A stretch of DNA of 64,000 nucleotides from positions 2,108,001 to 2,172,000 of the forward strand of contig CDRNST010000148.1 in the NCBI GenBank assembly GCA_977016875.1, read 5' to 3'. The notes under the pieces are model-generated. The model was not told where the DNA came from. It was given only the letters and a program-made list of their open reading frames with translations, and did no database searches. This document shows, one piece after another, positions 24,401-37,800 of the stretch (position 1 is the stretch's first letter; every line of letters starts with the position of its first letter). The translations under genes were made by a program, and so were the position numbers. The DNA comes from Pavona decussata (Eukaryota).

Positions 24401-26216
24401 TGTGCCTTTTACATATCCCGCCATAATCTCGGTTAATTGCATGTCCCCGGCTAGCTCACGCGCATAAACATGAAATACTTCCGTTAAAGAGTGTTTGTCA
24501 TCGACAAATGACAGATCACAACTTTTTCTCAAATTGGAAACTGTTGACACAGATGTGGGGGAGCTTTTCAAGAAAATAATTTGCGCTGTTTTTCGAGGTA
24601 CAACTGAATTCGCTTCTTGGGCCTCGGCACGTAAATCCTTAACTACACGCTCAGTCATAAATGTTGAAACGGTCCCCTTCTTTCTTCCCTTCAATGTTGA
24701 ATTTGTTTGTTTTAGCAAGCGGGAGTGAAAGAAATGCTGTGAACGAAACACTAATGGAGGGGAGGGGGAGGGAGGGGGAGTACGTGCTCTATGGGCGAGG
24801 TGTGATAATATCTGTGGTCTCAGGAAAGTGTTTCAACAAATTATGACTGCGGTTATAGCTTTTGTGCTTTTCTCTTTGCATAAGAAAAATTTGTATCACG
24901 TACTCGGAGGGGAAAATTAAAAATAATAACAACGAATTCAGTATAAACTTGATAAGCTAAAATTTCACCTCGAGGCGAAACTATATTTTCGATGCTGGAG
25001 GTAGAACGGAGATTCAAATTCGGATAATGTCTTCATCTGTTTCGTCAAAAGGAAATTAATTGAGGGAGTCATTTGTTAAACGGAAGCTTTGATGTCAATA
25101 TTGAACTCTATCGTAAACAACTCGATTTTCCAACTGGATGAAGTTTTAATCAAAGCTATATTCGTGCCTTTGTCGGCAATTTGTGTCGGTTTGTGCATGC
25201 AGATGGTAGGTTCGAAGAGAAAAATGCACAAAAATCGATAATTTCACCCAAGTTAGGTGGGCGGGACTCATGATCACAATTTTTTAAGTTATTTTGCTCG
25301 TGACAAAATTAATGGTCTCCTTTTTTCAAACGTGTGCAACGCCTGATCTTTCTGTCGTTCCATTGCCAAAAAAAAAAACAATAAACAGAGGCGTATAATT
25401 AGACAAGTCACGCCTTCTGAAGGCATAGTTGACATTGGTCACGTGCAGTGCAAGTGTAACTTTATACTTACTATTGACACATCACCAATCGGTTGAACAC
25501 TGAATAGAATCGGAAAACCGGCCACGTCCACGGCCAAGGTGATATCATGCCAAATGCAGCTTCCTTTCATACTGGACTGAGATATAATTACAACGGAAGA
25601 CAGGCGTCTCTCTCTTCATAAGACCGGAACGTGACAATAAAGCACGCAGCATCCCAGCCATAACGACAACTAACTAGCCAGCCTATCCACAATTCAATCT
25701 ATCCAACTATGTTGGCCCCAAATGTAAAAGCTCCTGGTTTTGGAGCTAAGGGACATTGTAGATGTTTCTCTTGCTTGTTGTATTGTTCCCTCAAAGGGCA
25801 TCGAGCTAATAGTGTGACGCGTTAAAAGAACTTCTCTAAACTTATCCGTCCACCAATCCATCGTGATTTGTTGACTTGAGATCTTGAAGTAGAAACACAA
25901 TTCGAGATACACCAGTTGGGACGGTTACTAACTAATCTCAGAGGAATAGGCCAATAGAAAGTCGTGTTGTTTTGACACCTAAAACTGATAAGGGGTAGTG
26001 ATGTAAAATTTGCATCAATTTAGAAACATTGCTAAATTTGTATCTGGTCAAAAAGGTATGAAAAACATTATTCGAAACTAACATCCAGAGATCGATAATT
26101 TGAAATGTGCTATGACATTGTTCCCAAAAATTTGAGTACAATTCACAAACATTTAGCAAGGCAACAGTAAGTTGAAGCATACAAATCCTTATAATTATAT
26201 TTTCTTGAAAACTTAA

Positions 26217-26634
26217 AGGGAGGGGTTCACATTTCAGCGCATGTGCATGAATCTAAATTCTTTTTTCTCTTTCTTATCAACTTTATAGCCTTAAAAATCC
26301 CACTCACATGTACTTCAGTAATCACATTCTACAAGTAGTCCAAGCAAAATGACTGATGACCAAAATTCACAAAAAATGCTAGTGGACTGTACTCACATTG
26401 TCGATATTGAATTTAGCGTTGACCCGTAGGATTTTTTCCACGGTTGATGTGTTTACAGTTATTTGCATGCGAAATAACGCAATCATATGAAAAAATTACT
26501 TCCCGAGTTACTTATTCCCTTCCGAATGGTTCAAATACAACGAATTAAATTCAACAGGCTTGGGTCATAGCGAGCAAAGGCGAAAAAGTATTTTGATTCA
26601 TGATGGACATGCGCCGAACCGTGAACCCCTCCCT
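26217..26634. mobile_element. Non-autonomous DNA transposon with TTAA TSD (Kolobok-type)
   Basis: TTAA|AGGGAGGGGTTCAC ... GTGAACCCCTCCCT|TTAA, a perfect 14-bp TIR with a purine-purine start. Confidence 0.85.
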
Positions 26635-27317
26635 TTAAACTCCAAATTTGGAATCTACAAATTTGATGTGCCCTGTCGGTCTCTAGATCGACTCACTGTT
26701 CAAGGGCGTGGGTCATGTGATTTGTGAGTACAAAGCGGGCCTTTTTGAACAAAACTGAAGCGAGCGATCACCACCCTCCATTTCACGCGCTGTGTAAAAT
26801 TACTTTCCCTCTCGAATTTCTCGGAGAAGGAGAAAACAGTAGACCTGCACCTTTCAAAAGCTCTATTTTCACTGGACCCTGATAACCTGCAGCTGCATTG
26901 TTTTTTAGGGGTTGGAACATTGTTCTGTTGTTCATTCTTTTGTCCTCTCGACCACTCATCTAAGGCGTTGCAAAAGGTGTAGGTCGCTTCGGCGAAAATG
27001 CATCATCGTGATTAACACTGGACAAATTACATGTACCTGAAATCATAGCGAGACTTTTTGATGAAGAAGGTCGTTAAAATTCCCCCCTCCCCACCCTAAA
27101 TACCACCATTAGTGAAAGACAAAACAAAAGCAGTGTAAAAGAAAATGTGTTCAAGGCAGCCACGTTTGAGTATGTTCAAAAGGATAAAAAAACACTTACA
27201 GGGAGTACTAAATTGAGAAGATCAAAGAGCAGCCTCGGAGCGAACCTTCATTTTCAATAATATAGGTAGCAGTCAATTTTGATCTGACTTCTATTAAGAA
27301 TGTTGATAAAAATACAT

Positions 27318-27525
27318 TAATAATACGGGGATATTTTTGCGCGGTTTAAAACTGCGGAGAAAACAGAACTTAGCAAGTGCTCTTGGTATCCAACAAGAGA
27401 ATTTGGGGTAACCATGCATTTTTCAGAGATATTTAAACTTCTGTTTAGGGAAAACTGCCATACATTGCTTTATATTTTGGCGCTTTTTGGAATTGTTGCT
27501 TAATTATTTCTGAAAAATGCGTGGT

Positions 27526-27556
<31 letters not shown>

Positions 27557-27628
27557 CCCTTGCTAAGATCTGCTTTTCCTGCAGTCATAAACCGCACAAA
27601 AATACTTCGGTATTAGTAGGCACCGTCC
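27318..27628 (-). mobile_element. Truncated inverted copy of the 28930-29322 MITE
   Basis: Ends TAGTAGGCACCGTCC|TTAA. Its reverse complement aligns with 28930 to about 29245. Confidence 0.85.
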
Positions 27629-27825
27629 TTAATGGAAGGAATCTGAAGGGTTTTCAAGTCAAACATAAGGAATGACATTGCCACAAACGTGAAGTGAAAT
27701 CTGACGACTCTTTGGTATTCATGCAAAAATAAGAGTAACCACAAAGACGTCATTAATAATGCAATATAATATTTATAATATAATATAACCACAGCGTTGT
27801 CATTAATACTTATTTGGCAAGCGAG

Positions 27826-27831
27826 TTTATT
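27826..27831 (-). terminator. Putative poly(A) signal of MSRB1
   Basis: AATAAA on the minus strand about 45 nt downstream of the SECIS core. Confidence 0.6.
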
Positions 27832-27853
27832 AGCATTTTGTTTGATATTACAT

Positions 27854-27951
27854 GTACATTGACTTGTAAAAATTTATCCACATCCAGATAACCTCCGAGG
27901 TGGAGGTTTTCATACTAGACATTTCATAAGCTCAAACAAAACACAATGCAC
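27854..27951 (-). promoter_or_regulatory. SECIS element (type II) for MSRB1
   Basis: Minus strand: AUGAA-AUGUCUAG(U)AUG-AAA-ACCUCC-ACCUC-GGAGGU-UAU-CUGGAUGU-GGAU. It has the AUGA/GA core (27927-27924 and 27878-27877), an 11-bp helix II with one bulge, unpaired AAA (27910-27908), a 6-bp apical mini-stem and helix I GUGCAUUG/CAAUGUAC. Confidence 0.85.
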
Positions 27952-28189
27952 TCACCAATTAGTAACAGCAACTGCTTTAACTAAAGCTGATAACTCACCC
28001 CCCCCCCCCTCCCCCTGCATTCCCTTGTCAAGCCCAACACGTTTCTAACATTACTGTAACTGTATTTAAATATTTTAGTATAAAATCACATCACAACTTT
28101 ATCAGTTCTTAAAGCCATGGTATCAAAATACACCTACTCCCCACTGGTCTCTGTATGACTTATTTTATTAAATACTGGATCATTGTATG

Positions 28190-28455
28190 ATACATTTCCA
28201 GGGATTTGATAAGCTTAGCGGCCATGGTATATGAGCCATTATACCATGCCTTAGCGACCATTAAATTGTCTTCTGGTTGTTCTTGTAAAAGTGACATCAG
28301 CAAGATCAACCTATTATTCTTGATTGTTTTCAATAAAACAATTACTCAACTCACGGTCGTTGGATGTGAGATGATTATAGCAAACTCGGTGCTATGTGCC
28401 TCGTTGGCTATCTATCTCCTCTTATCCAACACATGCTCGTAGAATAATTGTTAAA
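28190..28455. repeat. Interspersed repeat; second copy at about 37370-37620
   Basis: Shared GGCCATGG...ATACCATGCC...TAGCGACCATTAA...AAACAATTA.TC.ACTCACG...GAATAA..GTTAA. Confidence 0.65.
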
Positions 28456-28929
28456 TGGCACTATCTGGGAGAATTTCTTTGTTAATCATGACATTTTTCC
28501 TTGGTTATCATTTTATTATTCTCCTGACCTCTAATTTCAATCACCCAGAGATAATATCGTAAGAAGAAATTTGAAGCTTGGTATCAAAAATCCCTTTAAA
28601 AGGATGTGTTTTAATCTTGGAAGTGGATAATATAACAGGCCATTCATCCATTTTTTGGGTGGGGTGGGCTGATGCAATAAGCCAAAAAACTGGCTTCAAG
28701 GTGAGGAGGGGTAGTTCAACAAAAATAAAAATAATACTAAGCAGTCAGATGGCCAACCTTGAACCACTGATCCTCAAATCTTCCAACCATTAAAAGTCCA
28801 ATACACTAAACACCACACTATCGCTCTTCCACATCTTAATGTAAAATTTGTAACCCTTTTTTTCTCAGTAATGGAGTCATACAGTCTACATATAGGAAGT
28901 GGAAGGGCAGGGATTATTAATTACATTAA

Positions 28930-29139
28930 GGACGGTGCCTACTAATACTGAAGTATTTTTGTGCGGCTTATGACTATGCGAAAAGAGCAGATCTTAGCAA
29001 GGCCTATTGGAATCCAAAAAGAAAATTGGGGGTAGCCACCCATTTTTCAGAGATAATTAAGCAACAATATCTCTAAAAAGTGCCAAAATATAAAGCAATG
29101 TATGGGATTTTTTCCTAAATTGAAGCTTAATTTTCTCTG

Positions 29140-29170
<31 letters not shown>

Positions 29171-29279
29171 GAGATACCAACGACATTTGGTAAGTTCTGC
29201 TTTCTCTGTATAGTTTTAAACTGCGCAAAAATATTCCTGTATTAGTAGGCACCACCCATAGGAAACCTGAGTATCTCGC

Positions 29280-29318
<39 letters not shown>

Positions 29319-29322
29319 ATCC
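28930..29322 (+). mobile_element. Full-length MITE with TTAA TSD (Kolobok-type)
   Basis: TTAA|GGACGGTGCCTACTA ... TAGTAGGCACCATCC|TTAA (15-bp TIR, 1 mismatch). Internally palindromic. Confidence 0.88.
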
Positions 29323-29526
29323 TTAAATCTAAAAAGTTGGATGGACAAAATTCCACCCCAACTCCCCACCCCACCTATAAAAATTAATGATCCCTTAAAG
29401 GAACTGCATATTATAAATAATATTAAATTTTCCAGTGTTTTATAAAGCTTGTAACCATAATTATGTGGACAACTCATCAAAACTAAGGGATTATTTTAAC
29501 TATTCATCTTAATTTTCAATTGCTAA

Positions 29527-31413
29527 TTATTTTGCTCCATTCTGATTAAACATTGACCCACTGCTACTTTCATCCTGTTTTGGGATAAACTTCAGTGAGT
29601 CAGAGAAGATTCAGAATCGCGAAGAGATGCCATCTGGACCATCCCTTATGAACTCATGTCCCAAACCATTGCCACATTTACCACAGCTGACCTGGGAAAG
29701 GAACACATTCAAAGAGAAGGAAATGTGAGTGGATGTTAAGACTTGTAATCAAAATTCAAGTACATTTAAGTTAATCATTCTAAACATGGAAATATAAACT
29801 GAGCTATGGTCAAATCTCTACTTGTGAAAACCTCCCAAGCAAAAACTCAGGTCATAGTCCAGGCCAAATACAAACATTTTTTTTTCCAAATCCCCTTTCA
29901 GAGCCTTTGCTTTAAGCAAGTATGTTATCAAGCTGCTTTTACTGTCAGTGTTAAGCCATATGGTAGCTTCTAGTTTTTACGTTTATCAGTCAAATTATAC
30001 CATCCCATAGATTGAATGACACAAATAACCTAATATATTTTATATGACATGATCATCAGAACTGATCATCTTTTTGAGGTTAGCAAAAACACTCCACTTC
30101 AAAAGGAGAAAGGCTCATCTTAAAAAAGACCTCAGACGAGCTGATGGTAGTCATTACAAATGTGAATCTGATATGAGTTCTTTTCTTTGGTCTTTGGCTG
30201 GGGTGGGGAGAAATTCATCTGCAAAATAACTAACTAACCCCCCACCCCCCATCCTCCTCTCCCCTAAAAAAACTGCTCAGTCCTATAAATATATGTAAAG
30301 TAACATACAAGTAATTAACATGTTATTATTATAAAGGCAATGATTATTAAAATGAAAATAAAATAACACAACAGCAGAACATACCTTCAAAGCTTTAGCC
30401 TTGCTGCTTTCTTGAGGCTCAGTTTCATTTACTTTAGACACACTATCATCTCGAATTGTCTCAGTAAATGCTGGCCAGGGTGTGTTGTGCTTATACTTTG
30501 CTCTAGCACTGAACAATTCATGACCACACTTGGGGCATACATAAATACCTGAAAATTACAAGCAAACTATAATGCATGGCATGATATAATAAATTTCAAT
30601 TACCTGATTCCCTTTCTGTTCCTAATAGTGAAGGAAAATGTTTTGGCTTTATAAAGGCAACTCACGTCTCAAGTGCTTTGTCGCAAATGCAACAAGGATG
30701 GCAATGGCTTTGCTCCAGATGTTACATTTTGAAAATTGACGTAAGTGACTTTGTCTCCCAATTTAATTTGAAAGGTACCTTCCATGGATAGAAAATGAGC
30801 TACATCCATATCTTACCCAAATGGCTCAAAAGCATTAGCCATTTCAAATTCAAACTCTATCATGCTTGTGATTTGTTTGTGAGGAATGATTTGAGAGTTA
30901 GTGCATGCATAATTTCCATATAGGACTGTTCCTTTATCTTCCCCCAATTAATATTTTACAAACTTTTCGCACAAGTACATGTAACTGTACTAGTTTATAT
31001 CATGGGCTTCCTGTGGTAAATCGATGATGACCGAAAATGACTCAGCAATGCACTGGCATGCATTTGACAATAAATTATTGCCGCTTAGGTATTTCTCTTC
31101 TTCACGGAAGAAAAGGTGATCATGCAAGCAAACCATGGGTATTTAAGACACAAATTAAGTTCTCTCCCCAGACAATGAGTAATTTCGGTGTGTTTTACAC
31201 TGCCTTCTGTCAAAACAACCATACAATGTAAGCTTTAAAAATCCATGGCCACTGCAGATATCAAAATCAGACATTTCAGAGGCACTGTCATTTTATTTGA
31301 ACAGCGCCATTAAAAAGCAAGTTTACATGAAAGAAAGGAACAAATTAAATTGTAAACTCACCTGCTTCAAAATGGTTTCTGTATTTTTCACTGTTCCATG
31401 AGCAAAACGACAT
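29527..31413 (-). CDS. MSRB1: Methionine-R-sulfoxide reductase B1 (selenoprotein R/X); exons 31413-31362, 30548-30385, 29691-29527; Sec UGA at 29613-29611
   Basis: Spliced product: [56 protein letters not shown]...[42 protein letters not shown]... It matches vertebrate MSRB1 motifs (MSFC, two Cxx[23 protein letters not shown]), and homology continues past the UGA. Introns are GT-AG and in phase. The extreme C-terminus may instead splice to a last exon near 28060. Confidence 0.95.
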
Positions 31414-34400
31414 GGTTGCTCAACTGTATTCTTTCCCAACCAGCAAACCAGCGAGATGACTGTGCCCGCGATACAATGAAAAGCTGCCAACTCTTGCATC
31501 AATAAACTGGTTATGTAACATTACCGAAATGTGACAATCCGGAATTCCGCGCCGCGGTGCTGGACAACATATATAAAATGGAAATTTCTTTCTTTTTACA
31601 ATTCCGTGACATCCTGAAATTTTGAGGAAACGCGAAAACAAAATTTAGAGAACATTTTCTGTACTGAGATATAAATTTCTGCACTGGGCCTGAATAGATT
31701 CACTGTCTGGAAAACAGGACGAAAAACCTTACCAAATGCGGTGTTCGCATCAGTCAACCAAACAGGCCAGCTACCTTCTTCCCCCGAATATAATTTAAGG
31801 GCCTCCTAGTTCCACGGGAACACTTTCAACAAAATCAAAAACAAAATACAAAAATAAGAAAAGAAAAGAGAAGGAAAATAAAGATGCTAAGTTTTTAATT
31901 TTGGTGGTACTTTTCCCATTACAGGCCAGGCAATACTTGCAAGTGTTACCCTCATTGACTCACTTTGCAGGACTCAGCCGAGTTATTGTCATGTTTATTA
32001 AGTCAGCAATGCCGGTTAGGTATAACGCTGATGTTTTCATTAAAAAATACTAAGAAATCAATACCGAGTACAACTGAAAAGTAGCTACTTAAAAAAATTA
32101 AAAATTTAGAGCCTGCTTGCTTCGGTTTAATGGTGGCTATATCAGCTGGCACTTGATTCAGAAGACAGCCTTTGGTAGTTTTTGAAAATAACGAAAACTT
32201 AAATTCATCCTTTCTGCTATAGAAAATCTGAAATTTAAACATATGGCCGGCTATTTTATGTTTGAGTTTTTTAAGCTCAAAATTGCAACAAATCATTGCC
32301 TTTTAGCCAATGAGTCATTCAGTAAGTCTCATTGAATCATCGAGTGTCATTCAGTACAAGATGCTACAGTTAGTCTTGTGTAAATTTAAATAGACAATGG
32401 TTCACACACCGTAAAACCACACCACTTAGAAGATAAACAACTTATAAATTATAGCTAGCATGCAAAAAGCTCAGCTAGACGCTTCTGCTAAACGTTCCGA
32501 GTGGACAGGCCGCGTTAAACTGAGAAAGAGAACCTTTCAAAAAACCTTTCAAAAAAATAAATAAATTTCCCAAACTTTTTCTGTATATCTAGTAATCTGA
32601 AAGAAATATCTATTCAGTAAAGAAGTAAGGCTGCTATCTGCCATTCCTCAGTTAAACCAGAAATATTTATATTATAATCAGGGATCATTCCGGAATACCA
32701 GATGAAGGTTCCAGTATATCAGCCGGAAAACATTTCAGCCAAGCTATTTCGAAGTGGAAGGCGATGGGAATTTTGTGGTTGTTGTGTCTATCAAGGTACA
32801 GCACCCTGTTTTGCTACGATATTAGATGTATCTAGCAAAAGGTCCAAGTAAAATTTTCTCCCTCCCCTTGTTTTCCCTGGTGTACTCAGGATATATATAT
32901 ATATATATCAGTATAGACGATATTACACGGCGGCGCGACAAAATATATTGTTTTTAACACGATAAAATAACATTCATATCTTCAAGCAACCGTGTAGTTT
33001 TCTTTAGACAAATCCATCGCTTGCCATTTTCCACCGACTTTTTGCACAACTGAACAACCGTGAGTTGAGTTTGAGTTCAGTAAGACACTTCTATCTCAGT
33101 ATATAATAAAAAAAATTCTTGTAGCACAATCCCGCGACGTCAAAAAATTTTCACTCTCCTTTTTAGTCTACGTTATAGTAAGGTCTGGTGCCCTGGTAAA
33201 GTACGAAAACATGAGGTCATATTTTATTTTCACAATCCTTGCCAATCGGATCAGCCAAATCAGCCTCGTATCAAAGCACTCGCAAAAGCAAAAATGTCAG
33301 CAATTAGATAGTTCTTTCCAGAAGAAACGAGACGGGCAAATTTCTGTTCCCATTGTTTTATAGCAGGAAGTATTATTGAGGAAGAAAAATTCCGGCCCCA
33401 GAACATTCGGTATCATAGTGCGTTGAAGTTGGCTTGAGCGCTGAACAGACGAGCCCAGCTCGAGAAGAACTGCCTTAGGCCAAATTCCGTAAGGTTAGCT
33501 TCAAGCTCAGGGGAGGAAGGTTGGTTGTTATATTTCTATCTTATCAGCTGAGGTGCTAATTAGATACCTGATTCGCCGCTCCTGGTCCTATATAAGTTAT
33601 AGAGCCGCTTTCAACCTGAGTGTATCTTACGTGGAGTCGGTTTGGTCGGTAAAGATTTTTCTGCAGGAGGTGAAAAAAAGAGGATTTTAGGGATAAAATC
33701 TAAAATGCATTGTGGTATATTTTGGTCTGAGAAAAGAAAAGAGGTAAAGAGGTAATGGAGTTCCGGCAATGGCGTTATTCGCGGTTCCAGGTGGCACACC
33801 ACACCCAAAATAACTACTCAAGGAGGGACGGGTGTGGATGGCAATCAATATTCAGTGGCTGGCTTTCGCGTGGCTTTCGTTCTTACCTTTGGTACTAAAA
33901 CCTTTGATTAATAGTAGCCAGATTTTCGTGAATATTGGTGGATTGGACATATCACTGTGATGAAACGTAGTTGGATAGCTAATTATTTTTTATGCTTAAA
34001 TGACGGTATTTCTGTTTTACCGGAAGCAGACCGCTAAACCGATTGATTCGACCAAGCACTGTTCTGTTCATTCGTCGGTTTTCCGCTTAATATCAATAAC
34101 AATGAAAAGGTCAACATGAAGCAGGCTTTTAGCTGAAACCAAACTCCATAACATGTCCGGTATTCACCACGAGAAACGTGTTCGAGTGGTATTTGTCCGG
34201 AAAGACGTGTGATCGCAGTAATAGTTGGTAGTGTGATCAGAGCCATCATACACTTTAATCAGTTGTTCAAGTAAAGTTCACATCTCTCGTCTGTGTATTG
34301 GAAAAGTACCTAATTGGATTCACATGTACAGGTGTAGTTCTTTCAATGGTTGAAATTCTTTTTGGTTTTGGTCCAGATAACCCATGACTTGCGATATGCG

Positions 34401-34848
34401 ATATCGAAGGTACTTATATAAACAACTAGCACTGAAGGTCCAAGGCAATGCGCTGTTGTTACATAACACTAAAACCACAGATAGTTATTGTTAATTAAAA
34501 CAGTAATATAAATTTATTTTGTAGTGTCGCATTGGATGGTCGAATGAATATGTTTGCATCCCAGCCCTGACATTCAGTGAAATTTCAAGAACAAGTTGTC
34601 ACATTTCCTAATAAATAGCAAAAAATATAAATATGCTTAATAGTCGATTCGTGGTTGAATAATTTCCGCCTCACGATTGGCTGTCACGCTTATCGTGACC
34701 CGCGAGTGATCAGCCGGATGGGATATAAGTACTTTATTCGATCATATTCAAATATACTGTCTGTAATTATCAAGCAGGAGTTTATCACAGGTCACTGGAA
34801 GCGTGATATGCACTGTACTGACTCGTCTTGCTGCTAATCAAAGTAACA

Positions 34849-37800
34849 ATGGTGAGCACGAAAATACGTTTTCTTCGAGTTGAATTAATCTCTCTCACAA
34901 GAACTCACACCAATGATCTCCGATGAAAGTTTACTTGTCTTGACGTGCTGGCTGAGTTGAGTTTAATTACTGCTTGTGTTTGCTTCGACTTTGCAGGATA
35001 AATCCACTTCAGTTTACGAACGACCGCCGATCAAAAGCCCAATGGTGAAGAGAAGAAAGAACGGAACTACATCGAGCGTTAAAAATGTTCAAATAGCAGT
35101 GTTGGGAAAAGACGGCGTTGGAAAATCAGGTTAGTTGAAAAAAGCTGAAGCACTTGAGACGCACTTACGTAAAAGTTCATTGATACAGCTACTCAGTACT
35201 TTTTCCCTTTTCCCAAGTCGCAGTGGTTTTTAATAGTTAAAACGCCACGAGAACCCATGGTTAGAATTAAGCTTAACGGAAAGGTAAATCTTTTCCGCAC
35301 AAGACTTTCTGAACCGCACTGATTATAATATTCTGTCAGTGTTCATTTGATAACCCCAACTGGAGCAGAACCTGTTTATATTAAACAAGCCACTCGAGTC
35401 TAATGTATATGTCTATTTGGCGGAAAATTTTCGACCTTTTTCTGTAAAAGAAACTTTGCAGGCAAACTCTGAAAACTCAGTATTAAGTATAAGTAGTGCG
35501 GGAATAGACGGGGAGGAATTTTAATTGTGAGTTCCAATTGTTTTGATAACTATTCGACAAAGATGACCTGCATCGAAAGGCTTTTAACTTGAGGACTTCA
35601 TGGCTAGACAACTTCCGAAGTGCTTTTAAAAACAGTGAGTTTTTTCAAAATAGTATAAGATCACATATCCGTCCTCGCACCAAAATAGCGAGGAACCATT
35701 TCTTTGTTTATGTATAGGTACTGGTTGCTACAGAAGTTACTTCAATTTCACGACTCATTTCGGGCCGTAATTTACCAGAATGGACGAGATTTTTGCAGAA
35801 CATTGATTGAAGTTTACATACTGTGCGACGAAGTTCAGTTTGTCACGACCTTAAATTAAAGAGTTCATCAGAAATTTGTTGTTATAGGATTATTTATTTT
35901 CGTTTCATCAAAGACTGTAAGCAAGGTCACAAAGGCGTCATCTCTCGCATGATTTAACTGTCTAGATAAAACTAGCTCAGTTTTCATTTCTAGAACCTTA
36001 ACTCTCGCAAACATTCTTGTTGACAATGATATGACTTTTGCTGTATTCACCATGATCAGGATATCAAACGACTCAAGAATTAAATTAAACGACGCAGACT
36101 GCATGGAACATTGAAAGAATTATTATCATCAGAAGACAGAGTGATCTTGGCATTCCTAGAAATCGTGAATTCGTGACAAAATTCAAACGCAATGGAAAGC
36201 TCGACCACGATTTAAAATTTCCCGGCTTTTCTGCGCATTGGTAAATATTCTCCATTTTAAAAACTCTCGTATTTTTGTTTATTTGGTGCATTCCAGACAG
36301 AGAATCGAACTCTTTATTTCAAGCTATGTTATATAACTTTACATGGTTTACTAATTGAGTTCTTTAGCCAAATTTAACCGCAAAATGTTTTGCAATATTT
36401 GCTTGAGCTCAACCATGTGCAGCAGATATGCCACCCGCTTGGGCAATTAAGTCAAGTCACGAAAAGGCATTTATCGGTAAAAAGTGTCTGTCTAGATGCT
36501 GGAACAACTGGTCTTATTTGCACAGTTAAGAAAACAAGATAAGCATTTAGACTTCAAACATTTTTCTCGAAATAGTTTATGCTCGAACAGAGTGATTTAA
36601 GTAAGGGTCAGTAAGTCATCTTGACTCATTCACCTCGCAGTTGCCGTTACGCCAACAAATTAAATCATTGATAATGCAGTTTTTATTGCTTGTCATGTCT
36701 TTGATAAAGGGGCATAATTTTTGCGGTAAAGTCCACCTTTAGATTTAAAAAATACCTGAGTGGACTTGGTGCAAAGAAAAAACCGACTCGTTATACTTGA
36801 GGTTGTGTTTTCTTGATCTTTTTTTATCCAAAATCTTCCGGACCTTCCGATTGCTATCTCCCAGTTATGTTGAGCCAGAATACCTTTGTCATCGGATGTA
36901 GTTACTGGGTATAACGAAAATCTAGCTCGAGCTCTGCACGTTTCTGGAAAATTTCTCGATCGAGTGGTCGGAGATACCGTACCATATTCTTTCTCTTTGT
37001 TAGCAAGCCAGATTCATAGCATTGCCTCAAAGAAACAAAAATTGAGTGGGTGTTACTCGACTGTTCTAAGTAAGCGTCTTATCTCAGTTGCCACTCCTGA
37101 ATATGTTGGTATTAATCCTTCAGTTCCATTTTTCTTCTTTGGATGCTCCAAACCAATACCAATTGCTCACAGACCGTCTGTTATTTAGATATCTAAAATA
37201 TTCTTCACAATCTATGGTAGTAAAACTTGACAGTGATCAGGACAAGACTTTTTAATCACCATTTATACAGAATTTTATTTCATTTTACATCTTTACAGTC
37301 AGTGTGATATTCTCATGCATTTTATCCACATTTTTTTAATAATTACCTACATTTATTATAACCTGGGTCTGATTGGGTATAATGCATCTCCACAGTTTTG
37401 ATTGGCCGGTTTATTGGCCATGGGATACCATGCCCGAGAGCTAGCGACCATTAACTCGTCTTCTCGTGTCAGTCTTTCATAATGAAATCAGTAAGATCTA
37501 GCAATATTTCTTGTTTCTTTTTTTTTTTTTAATGAAACAATTATTCCACTCACGTGGCGTCTCGACCGAGTATCTATCACCTCATATTCAACGCCCCGCT
37601 GTCATGGAATAACCGTTAAGTAGATGTAGAGTTTTTCGGTGCAGTCTTATTAAAGCACACACTGCGAACGAGGTTTAGCTTGGGCACCGTGCATTTGTCA
37701 GTCGGTATTAAAACGGCTTAAGACTGCGACACGCCAAAGAGGATTATATCAGTACGTAATTCTCTGCCAGCAGAACATATATTTTCACAGTCTCCCAAAT

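Noticed and set aside
24395-24751. 118-aa minus-strand ORF
   Set aside because: No recognisable motif or convincing splice context; probably chance
27690-27756. Alternative AUGA-containing hairpin as a SECIS candidate (also AUGA hits near 29477, 29507 and 27005)
   Set aside because: No properly placed unpaired AA, or no helix II with a GA partner; 27854-27951 fits far better
29569-29589. Small hairpin TTTATCC-7nt-GGATGAA about 21 nt after the Sec codon, as a possible Sec redefinition element
   Set aside because: Only 7 bp and AT-rich; not distinguishable from chance without ortholog covariation
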